From contig CAXIUT010000073.1 of NCBI GenBank assembly GCA_964035545.1, forward strand, positions 310,001 to 374,000: 64,000 nt of DNA. The letters are read 5' to 3'. Below the pieces are notes generated by a model. The model was given only the letters and a program-made list of their open reading frames with translations. It ran no database searches and was not told the DNA's origin. Shown piece by piece: positions 8,301-21,800 of this stretch (its first letter is position 1; the number at the start of each line of letters is the position of its first letter). This DNA is from Bugula neritina (taxonomy: Eukaryota > Animalia > Bryozoa). A program made the position numbers and the translations under genes.

Positions 8301-11300
8301 CCTAATGTCAACTGCAAACGTCTGCAACCAAATTGTGTAGACTTCATGAGCTGGTTAGCTGACAGGACTCATTAAAGTTCTTAACTCTTGTGTGTATAGT
8401 GATGCCCATCTTGAACTAGAGAGGGCTGACTGAAGACTGCTACTTTGTGAAAATTGACAATGCGTATTATTATTATTCATTGTTGAGATTCACGACTGCC
8501 ATAAACAATGATAAAATATTCATTGTTGGTACTACTGAGTAGAATAAAATATATAATATAATATTATTCTCTGGACAGATAAACAATATCAAATGCATAA
8601 TATAACATTACCATAAATCTACGGCGCTTCACATCTTCACCTTTTTCTGCAATGTTATTTCTTTGCAGTTAGAAGTACTAGCTGAATATATGACTATGAA
8701 ACATAACCCTTCAATTTCATTGCACCAGCACCGATTTCAATGTAGGTGTGTTGGGAGTTATCTTTCCTAAAGTTTTGTTCTTGGTGTTTATACGAAGCAG
8801 ACACAGGCTAATATTAGTTTTGTTATTTGCAAGAGTTTTTCTGTCTGATTGTCCATCAGCAAAAGTTTGCGCCTTGCAGTTATTATGGAAATTCCAGTGA
8901 TGCTGGAAGACCTTTGCATTGTACACCCGCCTTTACTATTGAATTTAGATGTTTTATTTTCCCATCCCCTCTCCTGCCCCCCTGTCCCCTCTAACAACCA
9001 GCAATCCTGACTCATGCGAAATGTGTTATTAAGTTTTAGAGTTGGACCATGGGCCTACAGTATACGATTTGAAGCTTTATAGTTTACAGGCAGTGGAGAT
9101 GAGTCACTGCTGAAACCCATTTTATTAGTAGACTATATTGCTCTTCAATCATCAGTTTGCATATTAAAACAGAAAGCTCATCTGCAGCGCCATTTCACAG
9201 TGTTAAATTTTGCTAGAGTAAAAATTAATTTTAGATGCCTTTGCAAACATATGAGAAATAAATGAGTCATTTTATGAAAAGAGGTGTTTGCAGCAGTTGT
9301 CCACTTTTGATTTAGACGCGTCATGGAAACTTTTGTAGTTTTAAATAATATCTCCAAACTCATCACTTGCATGTGTTTATATACTTGATAAAGTTTTTCA
9401 TGCAAAACCTGATGCCTGCTTCAAAGACACCAGTGCTTAAATACTGTGTTAACTGTATTGGCACGTTGCCATGAGATATTTGGTAATATTTAGCATCACA
9501 ACATACTCTTCAGAAAGTTAAGAAAATCAGTCTATAGAAAGTTAATGAAATAAACCTACCAGAGAGAGTAAGCCAGATGTAACAAGTAGATCCAAAACAA
9601 GTTGATTAACAATTGAAGTTGAATTCTCCATGTAGTGAATACTTTAGTCCTAATGTCAAATGCAAACGTCTGCAACCAAATTGTGTAGACTTCATGAGCT
9701 GGTTAGCTGACAGGACTCATTAAAGTTCTTAACTCTTGTGTGTATAGTGATGCCCATCTTGAACTAGAGAGGGCTGACTGAAGACTGCTACTTTGTGAAA
9801 ATTGACAATGCATATTATTATTATTCATTGTTGAGATTCACGACTGCCATAAACAATGATAAAATATTCATTGTTGGTACTACTGAGTAGAATAAAATAT
9901 AATATAATATTATTCTCTGGACAGATAAACAATATCAAATGCATATTATAACATTACCATAAATCTACGGCGCTTCACATCTTCACCTTTTTCTGCAATG
10001 TTATTTCTTTGCAGTTAGAAGTACTAGCTGAATATATGACTATGAAACATAACCCTTCAATTTCATTGCACCAGCACCGATTTCAATATAGGTGTGTTGG
10101 GAGTTATCTTTCCTAAAGTTTTGTTCTTGGCGTTTATACGAAGCAGACACAGGCTAATATTAGTTTTGTTATTTGCAAGAGTTTTTCTGTCTGATTGTCC
10201 ATCAGCAAAAGTTTGCGCCTTGCAGTTATTATGGAAATACCAGTGATGCTGGAAGACCTTTGCATTGTACACCCGCCTTTACTATTGAATTTAGATGTTT
10301 TATTTTCCCATCCCCTCTCCTGCCCCCCTGTCCCCTCTAACAACCAGCAATCCTGACTCATGCGAAATGTGTCATTAAGTTTTAGAGTTGGACCATGGGC
10401 CGACAGTATACGATTTGAAGCTTTATAGTTTACAGGCAGTGGAGATGAGTCACTGCTGAAACCCATTTTATTAGTAGACTATATTGCTCTTCAATCATCA
10501 GTTTGCATATTAAAACAGAAAGCTCATCTGCAGCGCCATTTCACAGTGTTAAATTTTGCTAGAGTAAAAATTAATTTTAGATGCCTTTGCAAACATATGA
10601 GAAATAAATGAGTCATTTTATGAAAAGAGGTGTTTGCAGCAGTTGTCCACTTTTGATTTAGACGCGTCATGGAAACTTATGTAGTTTTAAATAATATCTC
10701 CAAACTCATCACTTGCATGTGTTTATATACTTGATAAAGTTTTTCATGCAAAACTTGATGCCTGCTTCAAAGACACCAGTGCTTAAATACTGTGTTAACT
10801 GTATTGGCACGTTGCCATGAGATATTTGGTAATATTTAGCATCACAACATACTCTTCAGAAAGTTAAGAAAATCAGTCTATAGAAAGTTAATGAAATAAA
10901 CCTACCAGAGAGAGTAAGCCAGATGTGACAAGTAGATCCAAAACAAGTTGATTGACAATTGAAGTTGAATTCTCCATGTAGTGAATACTTTAGTCCTAAT
11001 GTCAAATGCAAACGTCTGCAACCAAATTGTGTAGACTTCATGAGCTGGTTAGCTGACAGGACTCATTAAAGTTCTTAACTCTTGTGTGTATAGTGATGCC
11101 CATCTTTAACTAGAGAGGGCTGACTGAAGACTGCTACTTTGTGAAAATTGACAATGCATATTATTATTATTCATTGTTGAGATTCACGACTGCCATAAAC
11201 AATGATAAAATATTCATTGTTGGTACTACTGAGTAGAATAAAATATAATATAATATTATTCTCTGGACAGATAAACAATATCAAATGCATAATATAACAT

Positions 11301-14300
11301 TACCATAAATCTACGGCGCTTCACATCTTCACCTTTTTCTGCAATGTTATTTCTTTGCAGTTAGAAGTACTAGCTGAATATATGACTATGAAACATAACC
11401 CTTCAATTTCATTGCACCAGCACCGATTTCAATATAGGTGTGTTGGGAGTTATCTTTCCTAAAGTTTTGTTCTTGGTGTTTATACGAAGCAGACACAGGC
11501 TAATATTAGTTTTGTTATTTGCAAGAGTTTTTCTGTCTGATTGTCCATCAGCAAAAGTTTGCGCCTTGCAGTTATTATGGAAATACCAGTGATGCTGGAA
11601 GACCTTTGCATTGTACACCCGCCTTTACTATTGAATTTAGATGTTTTATTTTCCCATCCCCTCTCCTGCCCCCCTGTCCCCTCTAACAACCAGCAATCCT
11701 GACTCATGCGAAATGTGTCATTAAGTTTTAGAGTTGGACCATGGGCCGACAGTATACGATTTGAAGCTTTATAGTTTACAGGCAGTGGAGATGAGTCACT
11801 GCTGAAACCCATTTTATTAGTAGACTATATTGCTCTTCAATCATCAGTTTGCATATTAAAACAGAAAGCTCATCTGCAGCGCCATTTCACAGTGTTAAAT
11901 TTTGCTAGAGTAAAAATTAATTTTAGATGCCTTTGCAAACATATGAGAAATAAATGAGTCATTTTATGAAAAGAGGTGTTTGCAGCAGTTGTCCACTTTT
12001 GATTTAGACGCGTCATGGAAACTTATGTAGTTTTAAATAATATCTCCAAACTCATCACTTGCATGTGTTTATATACTTGATAAAGTTTTTCATGCAAAAC
12101 TTGATGCCTGCTTCAAAGACACCAGTGCTTAAATACTGTGTTAACTGTATTGGCACGTTGCCATGAGATATTTGGTAATATTTAGCATCACAACATACTC
12201 TTCAGAAAGTTAAGAAAATCAGTCTATAGAAAGTTAATGAAATAAACCTACCAGAGAGAGTAAGCCAGATGTAACAAGTAGATCCAAAACAAGTTGATTG
12301 ACAATTGAAGTTGAATTCTCCATGTAGTGAATACTTTAGTCCTAATGTCAAATGCAAACGTCTGCAACCAAATTGTGTAGACTTCATGAGCTGGTTAGCT
12401 GACAGGACTCATTAAAGTTCTTAACTCTTGTGTGTATAGTGATGCCCATCTTGAACTAGAGAGGGCTGACTGAAGACTGCTACTTTGTGAAAATTGACAA
12501 TGCATATTATTATTATTCATTGTTGAGATTCACGACTGCCATAAACAATGATAAAATATTCATTGTTGGTACTACTGAGTAGAATAAAATATAATATAAT
12601 ATTATTCTCTGGACAGATAAACAATATCAAATGCATAATATAACATTACCATAAATCTACGGCGCTTCACATCTTCACCTTTTTCTGCAATGTTATTTCT
12701 TTGCAGTTAGAAGTACTAGCTGAATATATGACTATGAAACATAACCCTTCAATTTCATTGCACCAGCACCGATTTCAATATAGGTGTGTTGGGAGTTATC
12801 TTTCCTAAAGTTTTGTTCTTGGTGTTTATACGAAGCAGACACAGGCTAATATTAGTTTTGTTATTTGCAAGAGTTTTTCTGTCTGATTGTCCATCAGCAA
12901 AAGTTTGCGCCTTGCAGTTATTATGGAAATACCAGTGATGCTGGAAGACCTTTGCATTGTACACCCGCCTTTACTATTGAATTTAGATGTTTTATTTTCC
13001 CATCCCCTCTCCTGCCCCCCTGTCCCCTCTAACAACCAGCAATCCTGACTCATGTGAAATGTGTTATTAAGTTTTAGAGTTGGACCATGGGCCTACAGTA
13101 TACGATTTGAAGCTTTATAGTTTACAGGCAGTGGAGATGAGTCACTGCTGAAACCCATTTTATTAGTAGACTATATTGCTCTTTAATCATCAGTTTGCAT
13201 ATTAAAACAGAAAGCTCATCTGCAGCGCCATTTCGCAGTGTTAAATTTTGCTAGAGTAAAAATTAATTTTAGATGCCTTTGCAAACATATGAGAAATAAA
13301 TGAGTCATTTTATGAAAAGAGGTGTTTGCAGCAGTTGTCCACTTTTGATTTAGACGCGTCATGGAAACTTTTGTAGTTTTAAATAATATCTCCAAACTCA
13401 TCACTTGCATGTGTTTATATACTTGATAAAGTTTTTCATGCAAAACTTGATGCCTGCTTCAAAGACACCAGTGCTTAAATACTGTGTTAACTGTATTGGC
13501 ACGTTGCCATGAGATATTTGGTAATATTTAGCATCACAACATACTCTTCAGAAAGTTAAGAAAATCAGTCTATAGGAAGTTAATAAAATAAACCTACCAG
13601 AGAGAGTAAGCCAGATGTAACAAGTAGATCCAAAACAAGTTGATTAACAATTGAAGTTGAATTCTCCATGTAGTGAATACTTTAGTCCTAATGTCAACTG
13701 CAAACGTCTGCAACCAAATTGTGTAGACTTCATGAGCTGGTTAGCTGACAGGACTCATTAAAGTTCTTAACTCTTGTGTGTATAGTGATGCCCATCTTGA
13801 ACTAGAGAGGGCTGACTGAAGACTGCTACTTTGTGAAAATTGACAATGCGTATTATTATTATTCATTGTTGAGATTCACGACTGCCATAAACAATGATAA
13901 AATATTCATTGTTGGTACTACTGAGTAGAATAAAATATATAATATAATATTATTCTCTGGACAGATAAACAATATCAAATGCATAATATAACATTACCAT
14001 AAATCTACGGCGCTTCACATCTTCACCTTTTTCTGCAATGTTATTTCTTTGCAGTTAGAAGTACTAGCTGAATATATGACTATGAAACATAACCCTTCAA
14101 TTTCATTGCACCAGCACCGATTTCAATGTAGGTGTGTTGGGAGTTATCTTTCCTAAAGTTTTGTTCTTGGTGTTTATACGAAGCAGACACAGGCTAATAT
14201 TAGTTTTGTTATTTGCAAGAGTTTTTCTGTCTGATTGTCCATCAGCAAAAGTTTGCGCCTTGCAGTTATTATGGAAATTCCAGTGATGCTGGAAGACCTT

Positions 14301-17300
14301 TGCATTGTACACCCGCCTTTACTATTGAATTTAGATGTTTTATTTTCCCATCCCCTCTCCTGCCCCCCTGTCCCCTCTAACAACCAGCAATCCTGACTCA
14401 TGCGAAATGTGTTATTAAGTTTTAGAGTTGGACCATGGGCCTACAGTATACGATTTGAAGCTTTATAGTTTACAGGCAGTGGAGATGAGTCACTGCTGAA
14501 ACCCATTTTATTAGTAGACTATATTGCTCTTCAATCATCAGTTTGCATATTAAAACAGAAAGCTCATCTGCAGCGCCATTTCACAGTGTTAAATTTTGCT
14601 AGAGTAAAAATTAATTTTAGATGCCTTTGCAAACATATGAGAAATAAATGAGTCATTTTATGAAAAGAGGTGTTTGCAGCAGTTGTCCACTTTTGATTTA
14701 GACGCGTCATGGAAACTTTTGTAGTTTTAAATAATATCTCCAAACTCATCACTTGCATGTGTTTATATACTTGATAAAGTTTTTCATGCAAAACCTGATG
14801 CCTGCTTCAAAGACACCAGTGCTTAAATACTGTGTTAACTGTATTGGCACGTTGCCATGAGATATTTGGTAATATTTAGCATCACAACATACTCTTCAGA
14901 AAGTTAAGAAAATCAGTCTATAGAAAGTTAATGAAATAAACCTACCAGAGAGAGTAAGCCAGATGTAACAAGTAGATCCAAAACAAGTTGATTAACAATT
15001 GAAGTTGAATTCTCCATGTAGTGAATACTTTAGTCCTAATGTCAAATGCAAACGTCTGCAACCAAATTGTGTAGACTTCATGAGCTGGTTAGCTGACAGG
15101 ACTCATTAAAGTTCTTAACTCTTGTGTGTATAGTGATGCCCATCTTGAACTAGAGAGGGCTGACTGAAGACTGCTACTTTGTGAAAATTGACAATGCATA
15201 TTATTATTATTCATTGTTGAGATTCACGACTGCCATAAACAATGATAAAATATTCATTGTTGGTACTACTGAGTAGAATAAAATATAATATAATATTATT
15301 CTCTGGACAGATAAACAATATCAAATGCATATTATAACATTACCATAAATCTACGGCGCTTCACATCTTCACCTTTTTCTGCAATGTTATTTCTTTGCAG
15401 TTAGAAGTACTAGCTGAATATATGACTATGAAACATAACCCTTCAATTTCATTGCACCAGCACCGATTTCAATATAGGTGTGTTGGGAGTTATCTTTCCT
15501 AAAGTTTTGTTCTTGGCGTTTATACGAAGCAGACACAGGCTAATATTAGTTTTGTTATTTGCAAGAGTTTTTCTGTCTGATTGTCCATCAGCAAAAGTTT
15601 GCGCCTTGCAGTTATTATGGAAATACCAGTGATGCTGGAAGACCTTTGCATTGTACACCCGCCTTTACTATTGAATTTAGATGTTTTATTTTCCCATCCC
15701 CTCTCCTGCCCCCCTGTCCCCTCTAACAACCAGCAATCCTGACTCATGCGAAATGTGTCATTAAGTTTTAGAGTTGGACCATGGGCCGACAGTATACGAT
15801 TTGAAGCTTTATAGTTTACAGGCAGTGGAGATGAGTCACTGCTGAAACCCATTTTATTAGTAGACTATATTGCTCTTCAATCATCAGTTTGCATATTAAA
15901 ACAGAAAGCTCATCTGCAGCGCCATTTCACAGTGTTAAATTTTGCTAGAGTAAAAATTAATTTTAGATGCCTTTGCAAACATATGAGAAATAAATGAGTC
16001 ATTTTATGAAAAGAGGTGTTTGCAGCAGTTGTCCACTTTTGATTTAGACGCGTCATGGAAACTTATGTAGTTTTAAATAATATCTCCAAACTCATCACTT
16101 GCATGTGTTTATATACTTGATAAAGTTTTTCATGCAAAACTTGATGCCTGCTTCAAAGACACCAGTGCTTAAATACTGTGTTAACTGTATTGGCACGTTG
16201 CCATGAGATATTTGGTAATATTTAGCATCACAACATACTCTTCAGAAAGTTAAGAAAATCAGTCTATAGAAAGTTAATGAAATAAACCTACCAGAGAGAG
16301 TAAGCCAGATGTGACAAGTAGATCCAAAACAAGTTGATTGACAATTGAAGTTGAATTCTCCATGTAGTGAATACTTTAGTCCTAATGTCAAATGCAAACG
16401 TCTGCAACCAAATTGTGTAGACTTCATGAGCTGGTTAGCTGACAGGACTCATTAAAGTTCTTAACTCTTGTGTGTATAGTGATGCCCATCTTTAACTAGA
16501 GAGGGCTGACTGAAGACTGCTACTTTGTGAAAATTGACAATGCATATTATTATTATTCATTGTTGAGATTCACGACTGCCATAAACAATGATAAAATATT
16601 CATTGTTGGTACTACTGAGTAGAATAAAATATAATATAATATTATTCTCTGGACAGATAAACAATATCAAATGCATAATATAACATTACCATAAATCTAC
16701 GGCGCTTCACATCTTCACCTTTTTCTGCAATGTTATTTCTTTGCAGTTAGAAGTACTAGCTGAATATATGACTATGAAACATAACCCTTCAATTTCATTG
16801 CACCAGCACCGATTTCAATATAGGTGTGTTGGGAGTTATCTTTCCTAAAGTTTTGTTCTTGGTGTTTATACGAAGCAGACACAGGCTAATATTAGTTTTG
16901 TTATTTGCAAGAGTTTTTCTGTCTGATTGTCCATCAGCAAAAGTTTGCGCCTTGCAGTTATTATGGAAATACCAGTGATGCTGGAAGACCTTTGCATTGT
17001 ACACCCGCCTTTACTATTGAATTTAGATGTTTTATTTTCCCATCCCCTCTCCTGCCCCCCTGTCCCCTCTAACAACCAGCAATCCTGACTCATGTGAAAT
17101 GTGTTATTAAGTTTTAGAGTTGGACCATGGGCCTACAGTATACGATTTGAAGCTTTATAGTTTACAGGCAGTGGAGATGAGTCACTGCTGAAACCCATTT
17201 TATTAGTAGACTATATTGCTCTTTAATCATCAGTTTGCATATTAAAACAGAAAGCTCATCTGCAGCGCCATTTCGCAGTGTTAAATTTTGCTAGAGTAAA

Positions 17301-18852
17301 AATTAATTTTAGATGCCTTTGCAAACATATGAGAAATAAATGAGTCATTTTATGAAAAGAGGTGTTTGCAGCAGTTGTCCACTTTTGATTTAGACGCGTC
17401 ATGGAAACTTTTGTAGTTTTAAATAATATCTCCAAACTCATCACTTGCATGTGTTTATATACTTGATAAAGTTTTTCATGCAAAACTTGATGCCTGCTTC
17501 AAAGACACCAGTGCTTAAATACTGTGTTAACTGTATTGGCACGTTGCCATGAGATATTTGGTAATATTTAGCATCACAACATACTCTTCAGAAAGTTAAG
17601 AAAATCAGTCTATAGGAAGTTAATAAAATAAACCTACCAGAGAGAGTAAGCCAGATGTAACAAGTAGATCCAAAACAAGTTGATTAACAATTGAAGTTGA
17701 ATTCTCCATGTAGTGAATACTTTAGTCCTAATGTCAACTGCAAACGTCTGCAACCAAATTGTGTAGACTTCATGAGCTGGTTAGCTGACAGGACTCATTA
17801 AAGTTCTTAACTCTTGTGTGTATAGTGATGCCCATCTTGAACTAGAGAGGGCTGACTGAAGACTGCTACTTTGTGAAAATTGACAATGCGTATTATTATT
17901 ATTCATTGTTGAGATTCACGACTGCCATAAACAATGATAAAATATTCATTGTTGGTACTACTGAGTAGAATAAAATATATAATATAATATTATTCTCTGG
18001 ACAGATAAACAATATCAAATGCATAATATAACATTACCATAAATCTACGGCGCTTCACATCTTCACCTTTTTCTGCAATGTTATTTCTTTGCAGTTAGAA
18101 GTACTAGCTGAATATATGACTATGAAACATAACCCTTCAATTTCATTGCACCAGCACCGATTTCAATGTAGGTGTGTTGGGAGTTATCTTTCCTAAAGTT
18201 TTGTTCTTGGTGTTTATACGAAGCAGACACAGGCTAATATTAGTTTTGTTATTTGCAAGAGTTTTTCTGTCTGATTGTCCATCAGCAAAAGTTTGCGCCT
18301 TGCAGTTATTATGGAAATTCCAGTGATGCTGGAAGACCTTTGCATTGTACACCCGCCTTTACTATTGAATTTAGATGTTTTATTTTCCCATCCCCTCTCC
18401 TGCCCCCCTGTCCCCTCTAACAACCAGCAATCCTGACTCATGCGAAATGTGTTATTAAGTTTTAGAGTTGGACCATGGGCCTACAGTATACGATTTGAAG
18501 CTTTATAGTTTACAGGCAGTGGAGATGAGTCACTGCTGAAACCCATTTTATTAGTAGACTATATTGCTCTTCAATCATCAGTTTGCATATTAAAACAGAA
18601 AGCTCATCTGCAGCGCCATTTCACAGTGTTAAATTTTGCTAGAGTAAAAATTAATTTTAGATGCCTTTGCAAACATATGAGAAATAAATGAGTCATTTTA
18701 TGAAAAGAGGTGTTTGCAGCAGTTGTCCACTTTTGATTTAGACGCGTCATGGAAACTTTTGTAGTTTTAAATAATATCTCCAAACTCATCACTTGCATGT
18801 GTTTATATACTTGATAAAGTTTTTCATGCAAAACCTGATGCCTGCTTCAAAG
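5387..18852. repeat. HOR domain 1: trimer (4040 bp = 1346+1346+1348) arranged as 3-mer, 4-mer, 3-mer
   Basis: Units 5, 8, 12 share GGCGTTT, GTCATT, GCCGAC and ACTTATGT. Units 6, 10, 13 share GATTGAC, CTTTAAT and TTCGCAG. Units 7, 11, 14 share the +TA insertion, TCAACTG, CAATGTA and AAACCTGA. Unit 9 is an extra chimeric monomer. Confidence 0.88.
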
Positions 18853-21800
18853 ACACCAGTGCTTAAATACTGTGTTAACTGTATTGGCACGTTGCCATGA
18901 GATATTTGGAAATATTTAGCATCACAACATACTCTTCAGAAAGTTAAGAAAATCAGTCTATAGAAAGTTAATGAAATAAACCTACCAGAGAGAGTAAGCC
19001 AGATGTAACAAGTAGATCCAAAACAAGTTGATTAACGATTGAAGTTGAATTCTCCATGTAGTGAATACTTTAGTCCTAATGTCAAATGCAAACGTCTGCA
19101 ACCAAATTGTGTAGACTTCATGAGCTGGTTAGCTGACAGGACTCATTAAAGTTCTTAACTCTTGTGTGTATAGTGATGCCCATCTTGAACTAGAGAGGGC
19201 TGACTGAAGACTGCTACTTTGTGAAAATTGACAATGCATATTATTATTATTCATTGTTGAGATTCACGACTGCCATAAACAATGATAAAATATTCATTGT
19301 TGGTACTACTGAGTAGAATAAAATATAATATAATATTATTCTCTGGACAGATAAACAATATCAAATGCATAATATAACATTACCATAAATCTACGGCGCT
19401 TCACATCTTCACCTTTTTCTGCAATGTTATTTCTTTGCAGTTAGAAGTACTAGCTGAATATATGACTATGAAACATAACCCTTCAATTTCATTGCACCAG
19501 CACCGATTTCAATATAGGTGTGTTGGGAGTTATCTTTCCTAAAGTTTTGTTCTTGGTGTTTATACGAAGCAGACACAGGCTAATATTAGTTTTGTTATTT
19601 GCAAGAGTTTTTCTGTCTGATTGTCCATCAGCAAAAGTTTGCGCCTTGCAGTTATTATGGAAATACCAGTGATGCTGGAAGACCTTTGCATTGTACACCC
19701 GCCTTTACTATTGAATTTAGATGTTTTATTTTCCCATCCCCTCTCCTGCCCCCCTGTCCCCTGTAACAACCAGCAATCCTGACTCATGTGAAATGTGTTA
19801 TTAAGTTTTAGAGTTGGACCATGGGCCTACAGTATACGATTTGAAGCTTTATAGTTTACAGGCAGTGGAGATGAGTCACTGCTGAAACCCATTTTATTAG
19901 TAGACTATATTGCTCTTCAATCATCAGTTTGCATATTAAAACAGAAAGCTCATCTGCAGCGCCATTTCACAGTGTTAAATTTTGCTAGAGTAAAAATTAA
20001 TTTTAGATGCCTTTGCAAACATATGAGAAATAAATGAGTCATTTTATGAAAAGAGGTGTTTGCAGCAGTTGTCCACTTTTGATTTAGACGCGTCATGGAA
20101 ACTTTTGTAGTTTTAAATAATATCTCCAAACTCATCACTTGCATGTGTTTATATACTTGATAAAGTTTTTCATGCAAAACTTGATGCCTGCTTCAAAGAC
20201 ACCAGTGCTTAAATACTGTGTTAACTGTATTGGCACGTTGCCATGAGATATTTGGTAATATTTAGCATCACAACATACTCTTCAGAAAGTTAAGAAAATC
20301 AGTCTATAGAAAGTTAATGAAATAAACCTACCAGAGAGAGTAAGCCAGATGTAACAAGTAGATCCAAAACAAGTTGATTAACAATTGAAGTTGAATTCTC
20401 CATGTAGTGAATACTTTAGTCCTAATGTCAAATGCAAACGTCTGCAACCAAATTGTGTAGACTTCATGAGCTGGTTAGCTGACAGGACTCATTAAAGTTC
20501 TTAACTCTTGTGTGTATAGTGATGCCCATCTTGAACTAGAGAGGGCTGACGGAAGACTGCTACTTTGTGAAAATTGACAATGCATATTATTATTATTCAT
20601 TGTTGAGATTCACGACTGCCATAAACAATGATAAAATATTCATTGTTGGTACTACTGAGTAGAATAAAATATAATATAATATTATTCTCTGGACAGATAA
20701 ACAATATCAAATGCATATTATAACATTACCATAAATCTACGGCGCTTCACATCTTCACCTTTTTCTGCAATGTTATTTCTTTGCAGTTAGAAGTACTAGC
20801 TGAATATATGACTATGAAACATAACCCTTCAATTTCATTGCACCAGCACCGATTTCAATGTAGGTGTGTTGGGAGTTATCTTTCCTAAATTTTTGTTCTT
20901 GGCAATTATACGAAACAGACACAGGCTAATATTAGTTTTGTTATTTGCAAGAGTTTTTCTGTCTGATTGTCCATCAGCAAAAGTTTGCGCCTTCCCGTTA
21001 TTATGGAAATTCCAGTGCTGCTGGAAGACCTTTGCATTGTACACCCGCCTTTACTATTGAATTTAGATGTTTTATTTTCCCATCCCCTCTCCTGCCCCCC
21101 TGTCCCCTCTAACAACCAGCAATCCTGACTCATGTGAAATGTGTTATTAAGTTTTAGAGTTGGACCATGGGCCTACAGTATACGATTTGAAGCTTTATAG
21201 TTTACAGGCAGTGGAGATGAGTCACTGCTGAAACCCATTTTATTAGTAGACTATATTGCTCTTCAATCATCAGTTTGCATATTAAAACAGAAAGCTCATC
21301 TGCAGCGCCATTTCACAGTGTTAAATTTTGCTAGAGTAAAAATTAATTTTAGATGCCTTTGCAAACATATGAGAAATAAATGAGTCATTTTATGAAAAGA
21401 GGTGTTTGCAGCAGTTGTCCACTTTTGATTTAGACGCGTCATGGAAACTTTTGTAGTTTTAAATAATATCTCCAAACTCATCACTTGCATGTGTTTATAT
21501 ACTTGATGAAGTTTTTCATGCAAAACTTGATGCCTGCTTCAAAGACACCAGTGCTTAAATACTGTGTTAACTGTATTGGCACGTTGCCATGAGATATTTG
21601 GTAATATTTAGCATCACAACATACTCTTCAGAAAGTTAAGAAAATCAGTCTATAGGAAGTTAATAAAATAAACCTACCAGAGAGAGTAAGCCAGATGTAG
21701 CAAGTAGATCCAAAACAAGTTGATTAACAATTGAAGTTGAATTCTCCATGTAGTGAATACTTTAGTCCTAATGTCAAATGCAAACGTCTGCAACCAAATT

